Shown here: piece after piece, positions 1 through 9,752 of the stretch
Layout: each line of letters opens with the position of its first letter
Position numbering within the stretch: position 1 is the stretch's first letter
Virus record (IMG/VR): IMGVR_UViG_3300011215_000001
Length of the DNA stretch: 64,000 bases
DNA from: an uncultured virus (IMG/VR IMGVR_UViG_3300011215_000001)
Lineage: Duplodnaviria > Heunggongvirae > Uroviricota > Caudoviricetes
Direction: 5' to 3' (one strand)
Program-made: the position numbers and the translations under genes
The notes under the pieces: model-generated
What the model was told of the DNA's origin: nothing
The model's database searches: none
The model's input: only the letters and a program-made list of their open reading frames with translations

Positions 1-26
1 ATAAGCTTAAACTAGGGAGGCATAAC

Positions 27-506
27 ATGGCACAGATAGCTTTAAAAGATGCTACGATAGCTGATTCAACTGCCCCTAACCATATTACATATAGTACTCA
101 AGAATATCAAGGTGAGTCAGCTCCATATTGCGTAGCTTGGGATATGTATGGTCAATGTATACAATACAGAACTGACCCTGTTTATGGCTCAGTAAACAAA
201 ACTACAAGTGCAACAGTGAAGGGCAAAACAGCTACACCTACAGTAACAAATGTAACAATTCAAGGAAAAGCACCTATTGTTCAAGGTGATAAGACCACTG
301 AAAATGACACATACACACTACCTAGTGGTGGTGTATATGTAAGTGGTTCACATTCTAACGGACAAGGCACAGTTTCTAATGGTAATAATAAAAATGTATA
401 TGTTAATGGAAAGTTGTTAGCTGTAGTTGGTTCTAATGTGACAACCCATGCAGGGACTACAACAACTATAAATGGTGGAGGTAGCTCTACTGTTTCTATA
501 GGCTAA
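27..506 (+). CDS. PAAR-like tail spike tip protein
   Basis: Repeated V.IQGKAPIVQGD / VYVNGKLLAVVGS motifs and terminal GSSTVSIG. Confidence 0.6.
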   Translation: MAQIALKDATIADSTAPNHITYSTQEYQGESAPYCVAWDMYGQCIQYRTDPVYGSVNKTTSATVKGKTATPTVTNVTIQGKAPIVQGDKTTENDTYTLPSGGVYVSGSHSNGQGTVSNGNNKNVYVNGKLLAVVGSNVTTHAGTTTTINGGGSSTVSIG

Positions 507-522
507 TAAAGGAAGTGAAAAA

Positions 523-1710
523 ATGACACAATCAAAACCATATAATAATTTTGATTATTTAGACCCCATACTTATTGTTTGGCGTTCTGGTAAGGAAGAT
601 GACCCTTATGTAGATAGAAGAGAGTATTTGAAGGTTGTACAGCACAAGGTTGTCTTAGCGGAAATCCCAGATAGATTTACTAGAGTTCAAATAGAAGGAC
701 TTGAAGAAGTTAATGTAGAAAGAGTCTCAGCTAAAGAATTGAAAGAAAATCAATTTGCTGTAGATTATGCTTCTGGGTTCATTCTATTCCATGAATCTCA
801 TGAAGCAAAGACTGTTAATGCTAAATATAAAGGTAGAGGATTTATTCAATATCCTGCATCTAGAGTTTACTATCAAGATAATTTTAATGATGTTGTCTTA
901 ACTCTTGAAGATATTATTGTAAGAACCAAAGAAAGTTACGATAAATTTAATCAAGCCTTAGATGAAAAGTTATCTGACTATTATCAAGTTCGTGATTTAT
1001 TGCTACATACAATTGATGAATCGAAGAAAGCGACAGATAATGCTAATCAAGCAGTAGATAAAGCAAATCAAGCCTTAAGCATGGCAGAGTACGCTAGCAA
1101 AACAACGCTTTTGATTTTCAGACCATATGCAAGCAGTTATTATGACATGATAACTAAAAATCCATCACCGCAAGTAGGTTGGACTGTTCAAGTATATGAT
1201 ACAGGTATTAGATATAGATATGATGGCAGTAAATGGATGCCAATTGACTTATTTGGTGGAAATATTGTAATTGCAAATGACAACTTAAATGGTTTGATGT
1301 CAAAGGAAGATTACAAAAAACTTCAAGCATTAAATGACAAAGTAAATATGTCAAAAGTTGAAGAAAAAGTGTTAGTATTTTGTGCTAGGTATTTGGATAT
1401 TGGAATAAATAGTTTAGTTTTAAAGTTCCCTTATAAGGGTGAGATAATTTCTATAAAAGCAATAGCATCACAGATAGGAACAGTAATTACAGAATTAGAT
1501 ATAGAAAAATCGATTGATTTTAATACATGGGTATCAGTGTTAGATAATTCATATTTAACTTTTGATGCTAATTCCCATGCAGACAATGGGAAACATAAAA
1601 TTCTGATAAATGATGTAGCCCAAAATACATTATTCAGAATTAGGGCGAAATCGCTAGCAGAAACCTTAGAAGGTATAAGTATAGAAATAAAAATAAGATT
1701 AGTAAAATAA
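523..1710 (+). CDS. Tail/baseplate-associated structural protein
   Basis: 395 aa; central coiled coil (ATDNANQAVDKANQA), YRYDGSKW and GLMSKED tail-fibre-type motifs. Confidence 0.5.
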   Translation: MTQSKPYNNFDYLDPILIVWRSGKEDDPYVDRREYLKVVQHKVVLAEIPDRFTRVQIEGLEEVNVERVSAKELKENQFAVDYASGFILFHESHEAKTVNAKYKGRGFIQYPASRVYYQDNFNDVVLTLEDIIVRTKESYDKFNQALDEKLSDYYQVRDLLLHTIDESKKATDNANQAVDKANQALSMAEYASKTTLLIFRPYASSYYDMITKNPSPQVGWTVQVYDTGIRYRYDGSKWMPIDLFGGNIVIANDNLNGLMSKEDYKKLQALNDKVNMSKVEEKVLVFCARYLDIGINSLVLKFPYKGEIISIKAIASQIGTVITELDIEKSIDFNTWVSVLDNSYLTFDANSHADNGKHKILINDVAQNTLFRIRAKSLAETLEGISIEIKIRLVK

Positions 1711-1725
1711 GGAGAGTGTACATAA

Positions 1726-2484
1726 ATGGCAAATTTTGTATCACCACAAGTATCATGGAGAAATGTAGATAAAGTAAATCCTGCTAACTCAAACAAATTT
1801 CAGTTAGCACAACCATATGATTTTGGACAAGTAGATGCAGGGTATATTCCTACACCAAATGATTATTACAGTTTTTTAATCTGGAATAACTACGGAAATC
1901 AGAACGACAATGCACCAAAAATGGAAGATGTAACAATTGGTGTAAAAGATAGTGGAGGTGGTAATGGTAACGCTGTTGGTTCAGAAGTTCAATCTATCAA
2001 TGGTAGTGTAAAATGGTTCTGGGCTAAAGTGGATTCATTAAATGAAACTGATTCAAACTTTGCACAAATTGGAGCAACACTGACTAAACCAATTGGGACA
2101 CTAGGCAGTACAGAACATCCAAAAAGAGCATCTGTTAAGAGTTGGAAGGCAAGTACAACATTTACTACAGGTTCATATATTGTTCCAACAAATAGTAACA
2201 ATTACATGTACGAAGTAGTATCTGGTGGAACTACAGGGACTCTAGAACCTACTTGGAAAATTACAGAGGGTGAATTGTTTATTGATGGAACATTAGAGTA
2301 CAAAGCTATCCAAATAGTTAAAACTCCTGCTAAGAGCAATGAAATACTTGGTGTAGTAAATGATGGCTCTTTAACTAATGCAGGTGGTAACTATGCAAAG
2401 GTTACTATAAAAATTGAAGTTCCACTTACTGCAAAATCTGGTGAACAAAGAATCAAGTTAAGAACTTCATTCAGATATGTGTAA
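1726..2484 (+). CDS. Tail-associated protein with a short carbohydrate-binding-like module
   Basis: WKASTTF...YMYEVVSGGTTGTLEPTW motif; context. Confidence 0.45.
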   Translation: MANFVSPQVSWRNVDKVNPANSNKFQLAQPYDFGQVDAGYIPTPNDYYSFLIWNNYGNQNDNAPKMEDVTIGVKDSGGGNGNAVGSEVQSINGSVKWFWAKVDSLNETDSNFAQIGATLTKPIGTLGSTEHPKRASVKSWKASTTFTTGSYIVPTNSNNYMYEVVSGGTTGTLEPTWKITEGELFIDGTLEYKAIQIVKTPAKSNEILGVVNDGSLTNAGGNYAKVTIKIEVPLTAKSGEQRIKLRTSFRYV

Positions 2485-2512
2485 CATAAACAATAGAATT
2501 TAGCTTGTAGAT

Positions 2513-2558
2513 AACACTTTTAACAGTGAAGAAAGATTGCTGTTAAAAGTGTTTTTTT
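2513..2558 (+). terminator. Intrinsic terminator
   Basis: AACACTTTTAACAG / CTGTTAAAAGTGTT arms followed by a T run. Confidence 0.75.
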
Positions 2559-2579
2559 ATTTTAAATGAGAAAAAGGAG

Positions 2580-3200
2580 TTGGTATCATTGGGTTTTGAA
2601 AAATCTAATGGACGTTCACCAGTAGCACAAGATTTTATATGGATGGCAGAATACAACGATGGAAAATATTTTTCAGAGTTTGATTACAATACAAAAGAAA
2701 AAAATGATTTTTACTTAATTCAAAAACATAAGCTATCTACTTTTGGACTAATAGGTAATGGCTTTAAATTAAGATTTGATGTCACTACAGGAAGCTTTTT
2801 TGTAAATAACACATCCATCAATATTTCATATGTTATAGATGGTGTAGAGCATATGTTAACAGGATTATTCAGAGGGCTTAACGCTTTCAATGATATTATT
2901 TCATACAAAAATGCTTATTCAGATGCAGATTTAAAAGATTCAAGTGGAGTGTTCAGCTCTCATATAGAGCAGTACAATTTTGGTTATAAAAAGCAGTTGA
3001 TTATTAATGATGTAAATATAAGATTTCAAGCTATTATGTGCATTCCTAATAATAGCCCTGCTTACATAGAATTTAAGTTAGTTTCAGATAAGGACTTAGA
3101 TGGCACATTAAGAATCAAAAGAGCAGGTGGTTTTTTGCAAGAAATAGATGCCCCTCTTAAAGCAAATATAGCAGGAATTTGTGAATGGACTCTATCATAG
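2580..3200 (+). CDS. Hypothetical virion-module protein
   Basis: 206-aa ORF with AAGGAG RBS. Confidence 0.6.
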   Translation: MVSLGFEKSNGRSPVAQDFIWMAEYNDGKYFSEFDYNTKEKNDFYLIQKHKLSTFGLIGNGFKLRFDVTTGSFFVNNTSINISYVIDGVEHMLTGLFRGLNAFNDIISYKNAYSDADLKDSSGVFSSHIEQYNFGYKKQLIINDVNIRFQAIMCIPNNSPAYIEFKLVSDKDLDGTLRIKRAGGFLQEIDAPLKANIAGICEWTLS

Positions 3201-3217
3201 AAAGAGTGGTGATTTGA

Positions 3218-3850
3218 ATGGCTATATTTGATAAAGATGGTGTAGTAGAAAGTATAGGGTTGAGTATAGATTTGAGTAAAGGGTATTTCTATAATACTCA
3301 ATTAAATTCATCTGGAGAACTGCAACTAAAAGAGCATGGACAAAGTAATGGCAAGCCCACTTACCAAAAAACAGGTTATTGGGAGTCGCAAGTAATAGAT
3401 ACAATAAACGAATATAAAAGTTTAGATTATATTGCAAATACAAATAAAGTAGTGGCAGGAGATTCAAACTTTAAAATATTTACTAGAACATCTGATGATA
3501 AAGTTAGATGGTCTTTGTTTGAAGAAGTAAAAGCATCTAATAAAATAGCTTCTCCTAAAAAGAGATATATTCATGTAAGAATAGAATTTTATGGGGTAAT
3601 AAAAAAACTATATGAAGATTTAGATGTCTTCAAAAGTGAAGAAAAGAAAAAATCATATGTTGATAGTAAGTATATTGATACTACAGATGGTTTGAAACTA
3701 AGTAAACACCACTTTAGAGAATACAGTAGAAATACTATCCAAACTGACGATGGATTTGTTTATAGTTACAGAGTAAATAGAAAAGAATTCAAAAAAATAA
3801 ATTCTTTAGGAATACTAAGACCAACTAGAAATCCTATTGGAAAGGCTTGA
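3218..3850 (+). CDS. Hypothetical virion-module protein
   Basis: 210 aa; GYWESQVID...TRTSDD..WS pattern seen in phage tail proteins. Confidence 0.55.
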   Translation: MAIFDKDGVVESIGLSIDLSKGYFYNTQLNSSGELQLKEHGQSNGKPTYQKTGYWESQVIDTINEYKSLDYIANTNKVVAGDSNFKIFTRTSDDKVRWSLFEEVKASNKIASPKKRYIHVRIEFYGVIKKLYEDLDVFKSEEKKKSYVDSKYIDTTDGLKLSKHHFREYSRNTIQTDDGFVYSYRVNRKEFKKINSLGILRPTRNPIGKA

Positions 3851-3856
3851 TAAAAA

Positions 3857-4189
3857 ATGACAAGAATATGGATGAATAAAGGACTACCATTCAAGTCTGA
3901 AATTACAGAAGACAATAGTGAATTATTGTTAACTATCAATAATATTGATTATCCATTACAAGTACCTATTGATGCTTATGAGACTAATGTTATTAGACAT
4001 GTAGATTCCTTACCAAAAGTTATTCAAGAGGTAATAGATAGTAATGGCATTCAAAATATTGATTGTATTTTAGGTGTAGTTGCAGATGGTGTAAATAGAA
4101 AAGGGCATATTGTTTTTGAGCATAAAGATGATATGACAGTAACTATTGGAGGAAGTATTACTTCTTTAATTGGCGAGATGAGTTCTTAA
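3857..4189 (+). CDS. Hypothetical protein
   Basis: ORF in operon. Confidence 0.55.
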   Translation: MTRIWMNKGLPFKSEITEDNSELLLTINNIDYPLQVPIDAYETNVIRHVDSLPKVIQEVIDSNGIQNIDCILGVVADGVNRKGHIVFEHKDDMTVTIGGSITSLIGEMSS

Positions 4190-4209
4190 ATTAGAATGGT
4201 GGTGACATT

Positions 4210-4455
4210 ATGATACTAGTAAAGTATAGAGATTTTAACTCTTATATTGAAGAAGTTGAAATTCCAATTGACAAACATAGGAAGAGAACAATCAAGATTG
4301 ATTTCTATGAAGAAAATGGTGAGAAAAAGCCAAAGCTCTTAGATACATATGAAGATGAGACAATCATGCACACAATTACACATGAAATGTCAAAAGACGA
4401 TTTAAGAGAATATATAGCAGTTTTAAAGCAATTATTCATTCAAGTGAATGCTTAA
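4210..4455 (+). CDS. Hypothetical protein
   Basis: ORF with GGTGGTG RBS. Confidence 0.55.
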   Translation: MILVKYRDFNSYIEEVEIPIDKHRKRTIKIDFYEENGEKKPKLLDTYEDETIMHTITHEMSKDDLREYIAVLKQLFIQVNA

Positions 4456-4489
4456 TAAAAAATACATATATAATTAGGAGAGATGTAAA

Positions 4490-4909
4490 ATGAAATTAGT
4501 ATTAGACAAAAATCTGGTGGCAAACAATTATGAAGTAACTGTTAAGGTTACTGAAATTACAGAGGAAGAAACAGAGTTGCTAAAAGATTTTGGCGATTTA
4601 ACTATTAATATTGGTGGTAAGATTACTGAAACTGTACAGAAGGTAGTAACTGGAACTGATTCAGAAGGAAATTCAACTTCTACAACAGTAGACGAAGTAG
4701 TTGAAATTGCTAACCTTGGTGATATTTATAAAAAATTCCCAACTGATTTTCCACTGACTAAAACATTCACTAAAGCGAATTTCGGTGAAAAATCAGACAA
4801 AGTTGCTATCGCTTACGTTAGCAAGGTCACAAAAGAAATCCAAGATGCTGTAACTGCTTTAAAAGCAAAGCAAGATGTATTCTCTGGTACAACAGAAATC
4901 ATCCTATAG
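4490..4909 (+). CDS. Hypothetical protein
   Basis: ORF with AGGAG RBS. Confidence 0.6.
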   Translation: MKLVLDKNLVANNYEVTVKVTEITEEETELLKDFGDLTINIGGKITETVQKVVTGTDSEGNSTSTTVDEVVEIANLGDIYKKFPTDFPLTKTFTKANFGEKSDKVAIAYVSKVTKEIQDAVTALKAKQDVFSGTTEIIL

Positions 4910-4917
4910 TAGTAAAA

Positions 4918-4988
4918 ATAGGGCTTTTACAGCCCTATCTAATTGAATAAAATATGAGTTTCATTTAAATAGATAGGGCTGTAATTTT
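4918..4988. promoter_or_regulatory. Overlapping hairpins enclosing element B (ATAAAA-N6-TTTCAT, 4947-4964)
   Basis: ATAGGGCT/AGCCCTAT (4918-4938) overlaps the 15-bp arms TTACAGCCCTATCTA (4927-4941) / TAGATAGGGCTGTAA (4970-4984). Confidence 0.6.
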
Positions 4989-5013
4989 AAAAAACTAAAA
5001 ATACAAAGAAGGT

Positions 5014-6222
5014 GTGATTTTAATTATGGCAGGTACACTAAGACCAAATTTAGAATACTTAAGAGAAGCAAAATATCATTATTTGGGTGGAATTACATAT
5101 GCAAATGCGGGTAAAGGACTTATAGATGGTGCTACTGGTCAAGCATGGACTTCTCCAAATGTAGCTTATTTTAATGGCTCAACTACCCACGTAATATTCA
5201 AGTTTGACGAAACTGTTAGTATTTGGAGATTAGGACATAGTAGCTACCCAGAATATACCTCTCCTTTTGAAATAACTAAACTTAATGAAGAAACTGGTAA
5301 ATATGAAGCTGTTAACATAACACAACTTCCACTTACAAACGATGCCACAGCTTGGCAAAAATTTGCAATTAATATCCCAAAGGGAGTATATAAATTTAGT
5401 TATATAAGTTATAGAATGGATAACGAATGGTTTTTTGAAGGTCATGGCACAACGAAATCATTCATTTTTAACAATGGTAAATATTTAAAATGGGCTTTAC
5501 CATCTACGTCTAGGAAGTCTCTTATCCCAACAATGTTTGATTATACAGTCCCAAGTGGAGAAACATTCAGCTCATCTAACTCTGCAACTTGGTTTAACTG
5601 GTATGCGTTCATGAGAGATGATAGTAAATTCTGGTTATCTAACAATGTTGCATTTCCACATTTTTTAGGCTACAAATTTTCTAAAGAAACTATAGTGAAT
5701 GCTTATAGCATTAGAGCAAGAAATTATGATGCTAACGATTTGATAACAGCTCCAAACACTTGGATATTTCAAGGCAGTAATGATGGTGTAACTTGGTATG
5801 ATATAGATTCACGTAGTCAGATTGTTTTTAAGTCAAAAGGAGAAGAACTTTTATTCAAGTTAAAAGATAGAGTTAGTTACAAATCCTATAGATTATATAT
5901 AACTGCACACAATGGTTATTCCACACCTCAAACTGCTGTTGCTAAATTTTCAGTTTATAATATAGATGAAACGATAACTGAGGATAAATGGGTAACAGTA
6001 ACGTCAAGTTTCCCTACAAAGGAACAATTTTTAAATGATGGCATGGATGAACTTAAAGTTTTCGATAGAGTGCCAACAGTATATAAACCTTTGCAAATGG
6101 ACTTAAATACAAAAGATGTACTAGGTTTTGACTATAGTGGAAGAGGAAAAGTATTCACTAAAAGCTTAGATTTAACTAAGGAAATATATATGGATATTAG
6201 GAAATTGGAGGTAATAACTTGA
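5014..6222 (+). CDS. Discoidin (F5/8 type C) domain tail adhesin-like protein
   Basis: APNTWIFQGSNDGVTWYDID...YKSYRLYIT. Confidence 0.75.
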   Translation: MILIMAGTLRPNLEYLREAKYHYLGGITYANAGKGLIDGATGQAWTSPNVAYFNGSTTHVIFKFDETVSIWRLGHSSYPEYTSPFEITKLNEETGKYEAVNITQLPLTNDATAWQKFAINIPKGVYKFSYISYRMDNEWFFEGHGTTKSFIFNNGKYLKWALPSTSRKSLIPTMFDYTVPSGETFSSSNSATWFNWYAFMRDDSKFWLSNNVAFPHFLGYKFSKETIVNAYSIRARNYDANDLITAPNTWIFQGSNDGVTWYDIDSRSQIVFKSKGEELLFKLKDRVSYKSYRLYITAHNGYSTPQTAVAKFSVYNIDETITEDKWVTVTSSFPTKEQFLNDGMDELKVFDRVPTVYKPLQMDLNTKDVLGFDYSGRGKVFTKSLDLTKEIYMDIRKLEVIT

Positions 6223-7439
6223 AAGTGAAGGAAATTATTTTTGAAACTACGAAAGCTAGTGGTTATTACACTCTAGGATGTGTAAGGATTTATTTTAACG
6301 ACAAAGAATACTATCCAATTAAATTTGCAAGTAAAAATCATGGTACTTCAAACAGTTTTTACATAGAGCATACAAACATAACTGGTAGTGTTTCTACTTC
6401 AAATAGTTATGGTACATACTATTTTGTTGATTCACCGTTTGATACAGACAAGTCCTCTACTGTAGCATCATATAGTTACTATAACTACTGGTTGAGTAGT
6501 GGTACTGGTGTTATATCAATCAAATTTGATGAACCTATCAATATATATAAAATTAACTTTATTCCATATAGTGGAGATGGTTCAGACAGAAAACAAAATG
6601 CAGTTAATGTTAAATATATTTTACAAGACAACTCTATTTCCACAAGATATTGTGATACATCCCAATATGTTCCTAATCAAATATTTACTTTGAGTACTCC
6701 AGAATTTTTGGCTTCAAAAGGGATATTATTAAAGTCAAAAAATAAAATATATTCATTCAAAGATATATTTCAAATTCATTATACAAATATGAGAACAGAC
6801 AATAACCCTGCACCTTTTGTAACTAGTGCAAGTAGTACTTGGTCTAGTACTTCATATCTTGCATGTGTTGCATTTAATGGTACAGTAAATGGGAATACTG
6901 ATTGTTGGGCTTCTAGTAAAGGAGATGTACATAATGCTTGGATTCAGATTGATTATGGTGAACGTAGATTGTGTAATCAAGTCTTGTTAACTTCTAGAGA
7001 TGGAACAGATGTAACATATCAAACTTCTTTTCCAAAAAAGATAAATATTGTAGGCTCAAATGATGGCATAAATTTCAAATTTATTAAACAAGAAAGTAAT
7101 TTAATATGCAATAAACCAAAACAAGAATTTAAGATTGAATTTACACTATCCAATTATAGATATTATCGAATAGAGATTTTAGAGAATAATGGAAATATTG
7201 ACTATAATTCCATTGCTGAAATATTATTTTCTGTTCAAGCAAATGAACTCTATGAATATCCATATGTTTTACAGAAATATTTCGGAAATTATAACACAAC
7301 ACAAACTAACTTAAAAACTTTAAATACTATAAAAATATATGTCCTTGATAATGATAAACAAGGTAAAAATAAAATGCTTAAAAAGGTAGACAGAAAACCA
7401 AAGCAACTAGGTATTAAAAATAGAGAAAGGGGTTATTAA
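6219..7439 (+). CDS. Discoidin (F5/8 type C) domain tail adhesin-like protein
   Basis: AWIQIDYG...PKKINIVGSNDGINF...YRYYRIEI. Confidence 0.75.
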   Translation: MKVKEIIFETTKASGYYTLGCVRIYFNDKEYYPIKFASKNHGTSNSFYIEHTNITGSVSTSNSYGTYYFVDSPFDTDKSSTVASYSYYNYWLSSGTGVISIKFDEPINIYKINFIPYSGDGSDRKQNAVNVKYILQDNSISTRYCDTSQYVPNQIFTLSTPEFLASKGILLKSKNKIYSFKDIFQIHYTNMRTDNNPAPFVTSASSTWSSTSYLACVAFNGTVNGNTDCWASSKGDVHNAWIQIDYGERRLCNQVLLTSRDGTDVTYQTSFPKKINIVGSNDGINFKFIKQESNLICNKPKQEFKIEFTLSNYRYYRIEILENNGNIDYNSIAEILFSVQANELYEYPYVLQKYFGNYNTTQTNLKTLNTIKIYVLDNDKQGKNKMLKKVDRKPKQLGIKNRERGY

Positions 7440-7442
7440 TAA

Positions 7443-8606
7443 ATGGCAGATATTATTAATTGGTTTGATATTACATTAACAGACTATTATTCTCCTTCTC
7501 CATATTTAATAGAACAAAGTAGTACTTATAATGCTAGCTCTTATCAAGCATGGAAAGTAATGGATAAAAATGTTAACACATCTTGGCTATCAAAAACTGA
7601 TAAAAATGAGTGGTTACTTTTTGATTTTGGTAAAGAAGTATACTTTAACATAATTAGTATACAAGGAATATCTTCATATATCACAAGTGCATATGTTATT
7701 AGTGCAAATCCTAAAGATATCAAAATTTTAGTTTCTAATGATAAAGTGAATTGGACAAAAGTATATGAAGAAAGAGATTTGAAGTGGACTTCACAAGAAA
7801 TAAAAACATTTAAATTCAACAATAGAAGTAATTATAGATATCTTAAACTACATATAGATGTAAATAATGGTGCTCCATATATGGGTATTAGTGAGTTGAA
7901 AATTGGAATTGAAAGTAAAAGTAATACTTTGCTAAAATCGAATAATAAAATATATTCTCATAAAACATTATTTAATAATCCAAGTGTAATTCCATCAATG
8001 ACATCAAATACAGCTCCATCACCTCTCGTTGCTAGTGCAAGCAGTATTTACAGTACAAACTATCATCCTTATCTAGCTTTTAACAAAGGTAGTACTGTAA
8101 GTTGGTTTACTAAAAGTGGAGAAAAAACAGGTTGGATACAAATTGATTTTGGAGAAGAGTTCTGGATTGATGGAGTAGAAATTATAGGTATTAATACAAT
8201 AACTGATGCAATGCAACCAAGGAGCTATAGATTTCTTTCGTCAGTAGATGGACAGAAGTTTTTACCAGTTGGAGAGGTATTCGATAGACCTTTTAAACAA
8301 ATGGAATCGAGGTACATGAAATTAACTCCTTCAAAAGCGAGGTATATGAGATTTGAAATTATAGCAAGTGAAGGTCATACATATACAGGGATACATTATT
8401 TAGAGTATAAATCTGTAATGAAGAAGATAATTGAATTACCTATTGTTTCAGAGAAAAATTTCATTAATTATGGTGAACAACCTTTAACTGAGTTGGGTGA
8501 ATATATTAGAGCTAAAAGTTACGTTTTTCAAGATGGGCTTCCAAAAGAGAATAATAAATACATAAAACAACTAAACAAAAAACCATTAAGCATAAATGTA
8601 AATTAA
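7443..8606 (+). CDS. Double discoidin domain tail adhesin-like protein
   Basis: EWLLFDFG...SNDKVNW...YRYLKL and GWIQIDFG...SVDGQKF...ARYMRF. Confidence 0.75.
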   Translation: MADIINWFDITLTDYYSPSPYLIEQSSTYNASSYQAWKVMDKNVNTSWLSKTDKNEWLLFDFGKEVYFNIISIQGISSYITSAYVISANPKDIKILVSNDKVNWTKVYEERDLKWTSQEIKTFKFNNRSNYRYLKLHIDVNNGAPYMGISELKIGIESKSNTLLKSNNKIYSHKTLFNNPSVIPSMTSNTAPSPLVASASSIYSTNYHPYLAFNKGSTVSWFTKSGEKTGWIQIDFGEEFWIDGVEIIGINTITDAMQPRSYRFLSSVDGQKFLPVGEVFDRPFKQMESRYMKLTPSKARYMRFEIIASEGHTYTGIHYLEYKSVMKKIIELPIVSEKNFINYGEQPLTELGEYIRAKSYVFQDGLPKENNKYIKQLNKKPLSINVN

Positions 8607-8622
8607 ATGCTTAATGGTTTTT
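8578..8622 (+). terminator. Hairpin/terminator inside the adhesin array
   Basis: AAAAACCATTAAGCAT / ATGCTTAATGGTTTTT 16-bp arms. Confidence 0.55.
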
Positions 8623-8642
8623 ATAGTAAGGAGATGAGAAAA

Positions 8643-9752
8643 ATGGCAGTTGGTACACAATATATGGTAGCTGAAAGTGGATGGGTAAGATTTGAAGATA
8701 CAGACCCAAACTTTAGAATAACAGGTTGGAGCAATTGGACTGGTGCAGACACAAGTGGAGGTAGTGATAAGAGAACATCATCACTTGGTAAGACTATAAA
8801 GTTTAAATTTACAGGTATAGGAATTAGAATTATATCACCAATAAATAAAGATTTATCTGCTTCATTGATAATTTCTATTGATGGAGTGAATTACGATTAT
8901 TCACAGTACAATGCCTCATTGTTGTGGCGTATGTGTGTTTTTGAAAAAACTAATTTAGAAAATACAACACATACCGTAGTTATATCATCAAATTCTACAC
9001 TAACAAACATTTTTGATGCAGTTGATTTGTTAGCAGGAAATACAATTTTGCCATATCCTCAGAAAATAGGAAATGTACTAACTAGTCCAGAAGTAGGTTG
9101 GAAAAGATATGACATACCTACAGCTAGCAATAATACATTCAAAATTGAAGGTAGCTTTACTGTGGAAACTGATGCTCGCTCATATAATAGCTCAGAAATA
9201 TTTTTGTCATCGAACATAAGTACTTTAACATTTTACTTTAAAGGCACTAGTTTAAGAGTAATTGGTAGCAGTAATACAAATAAAGCTACAGATTCAATTA
9301 TACAGATTAATGACAAGGTTTATTCTATTGGAGAAAACAATACCTTGGCTTACAGGGCATTATTGTTTGAAATTGAAGGACTTGAGGATAAGATTCATAA
9401 GGTGATTATTAGAAAGGGGATTATCCTCACAAATATTGGTTTGGATTGTATTGATGTAAATGAAGGTGGAGAAATAAGAGCACCTTATAGCAATTTCTAT
9501 ATAAAAACACCCACAAACTATTACTCATTAGAGGATAAAACTTTGATATATATGCCAGATGATACAGAAAAAAACATAGTAACACATGGTACTACTCAAG
9601 ATAAAATAATAGATTTAGATGTTCCTTACAATATGGAAAAACACATAATTCAAAATTCAAATACTATGGGTAGGGGAGTAATATTTAAAAAACAAGTTGT
9701 AAGTCATATAAATAAAATCAAGGTAAATGAAGTAGATAGGAGGGAAAATTAA
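8643..9752 (+). CDS. Adhesin-like protein with two beta-sandwich repeats (start probably 8643, not 8607)
   Basis: Repeats ESGWVRFED..FKFTGIGIRII and EVGWKRYD..FYFKGTSLRVI; AAGGAG precedes the ATG at 8643. Confidence 0.6.
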   Translation: MAVGTQYMVAESGWVRFEDTDPNFRITGWSNWTGADTSGGSDKRTSSLGKTIKFKFTGIGIRIISPINKDLSASLIISIDGVNYDYSQYNASLLWRMCVFEKTNLENTTHTVVISSNSTLTNIFDAVDLLAGNTILPYPQKIGNVLTSPEVGWKRYDIPTASNNTFKIEGSFTVETDARSYNSSEIFLSSNISTLTFYFKGTSLRVIGSSNTNKATDSIIQINDKVYSIGENNTLAYRALLFEIEGLEDKIHKVIIRKGIILTNIGLDCIDVNEGGEIRAPYSNFYIKTPTNYYSLEDKTLIYMPDDTEKNIVTHGTTQDKIIDLDVPYNMEKHIIQNSNTMGRGVIFKKQVVSHINKIKVNEVDRREN

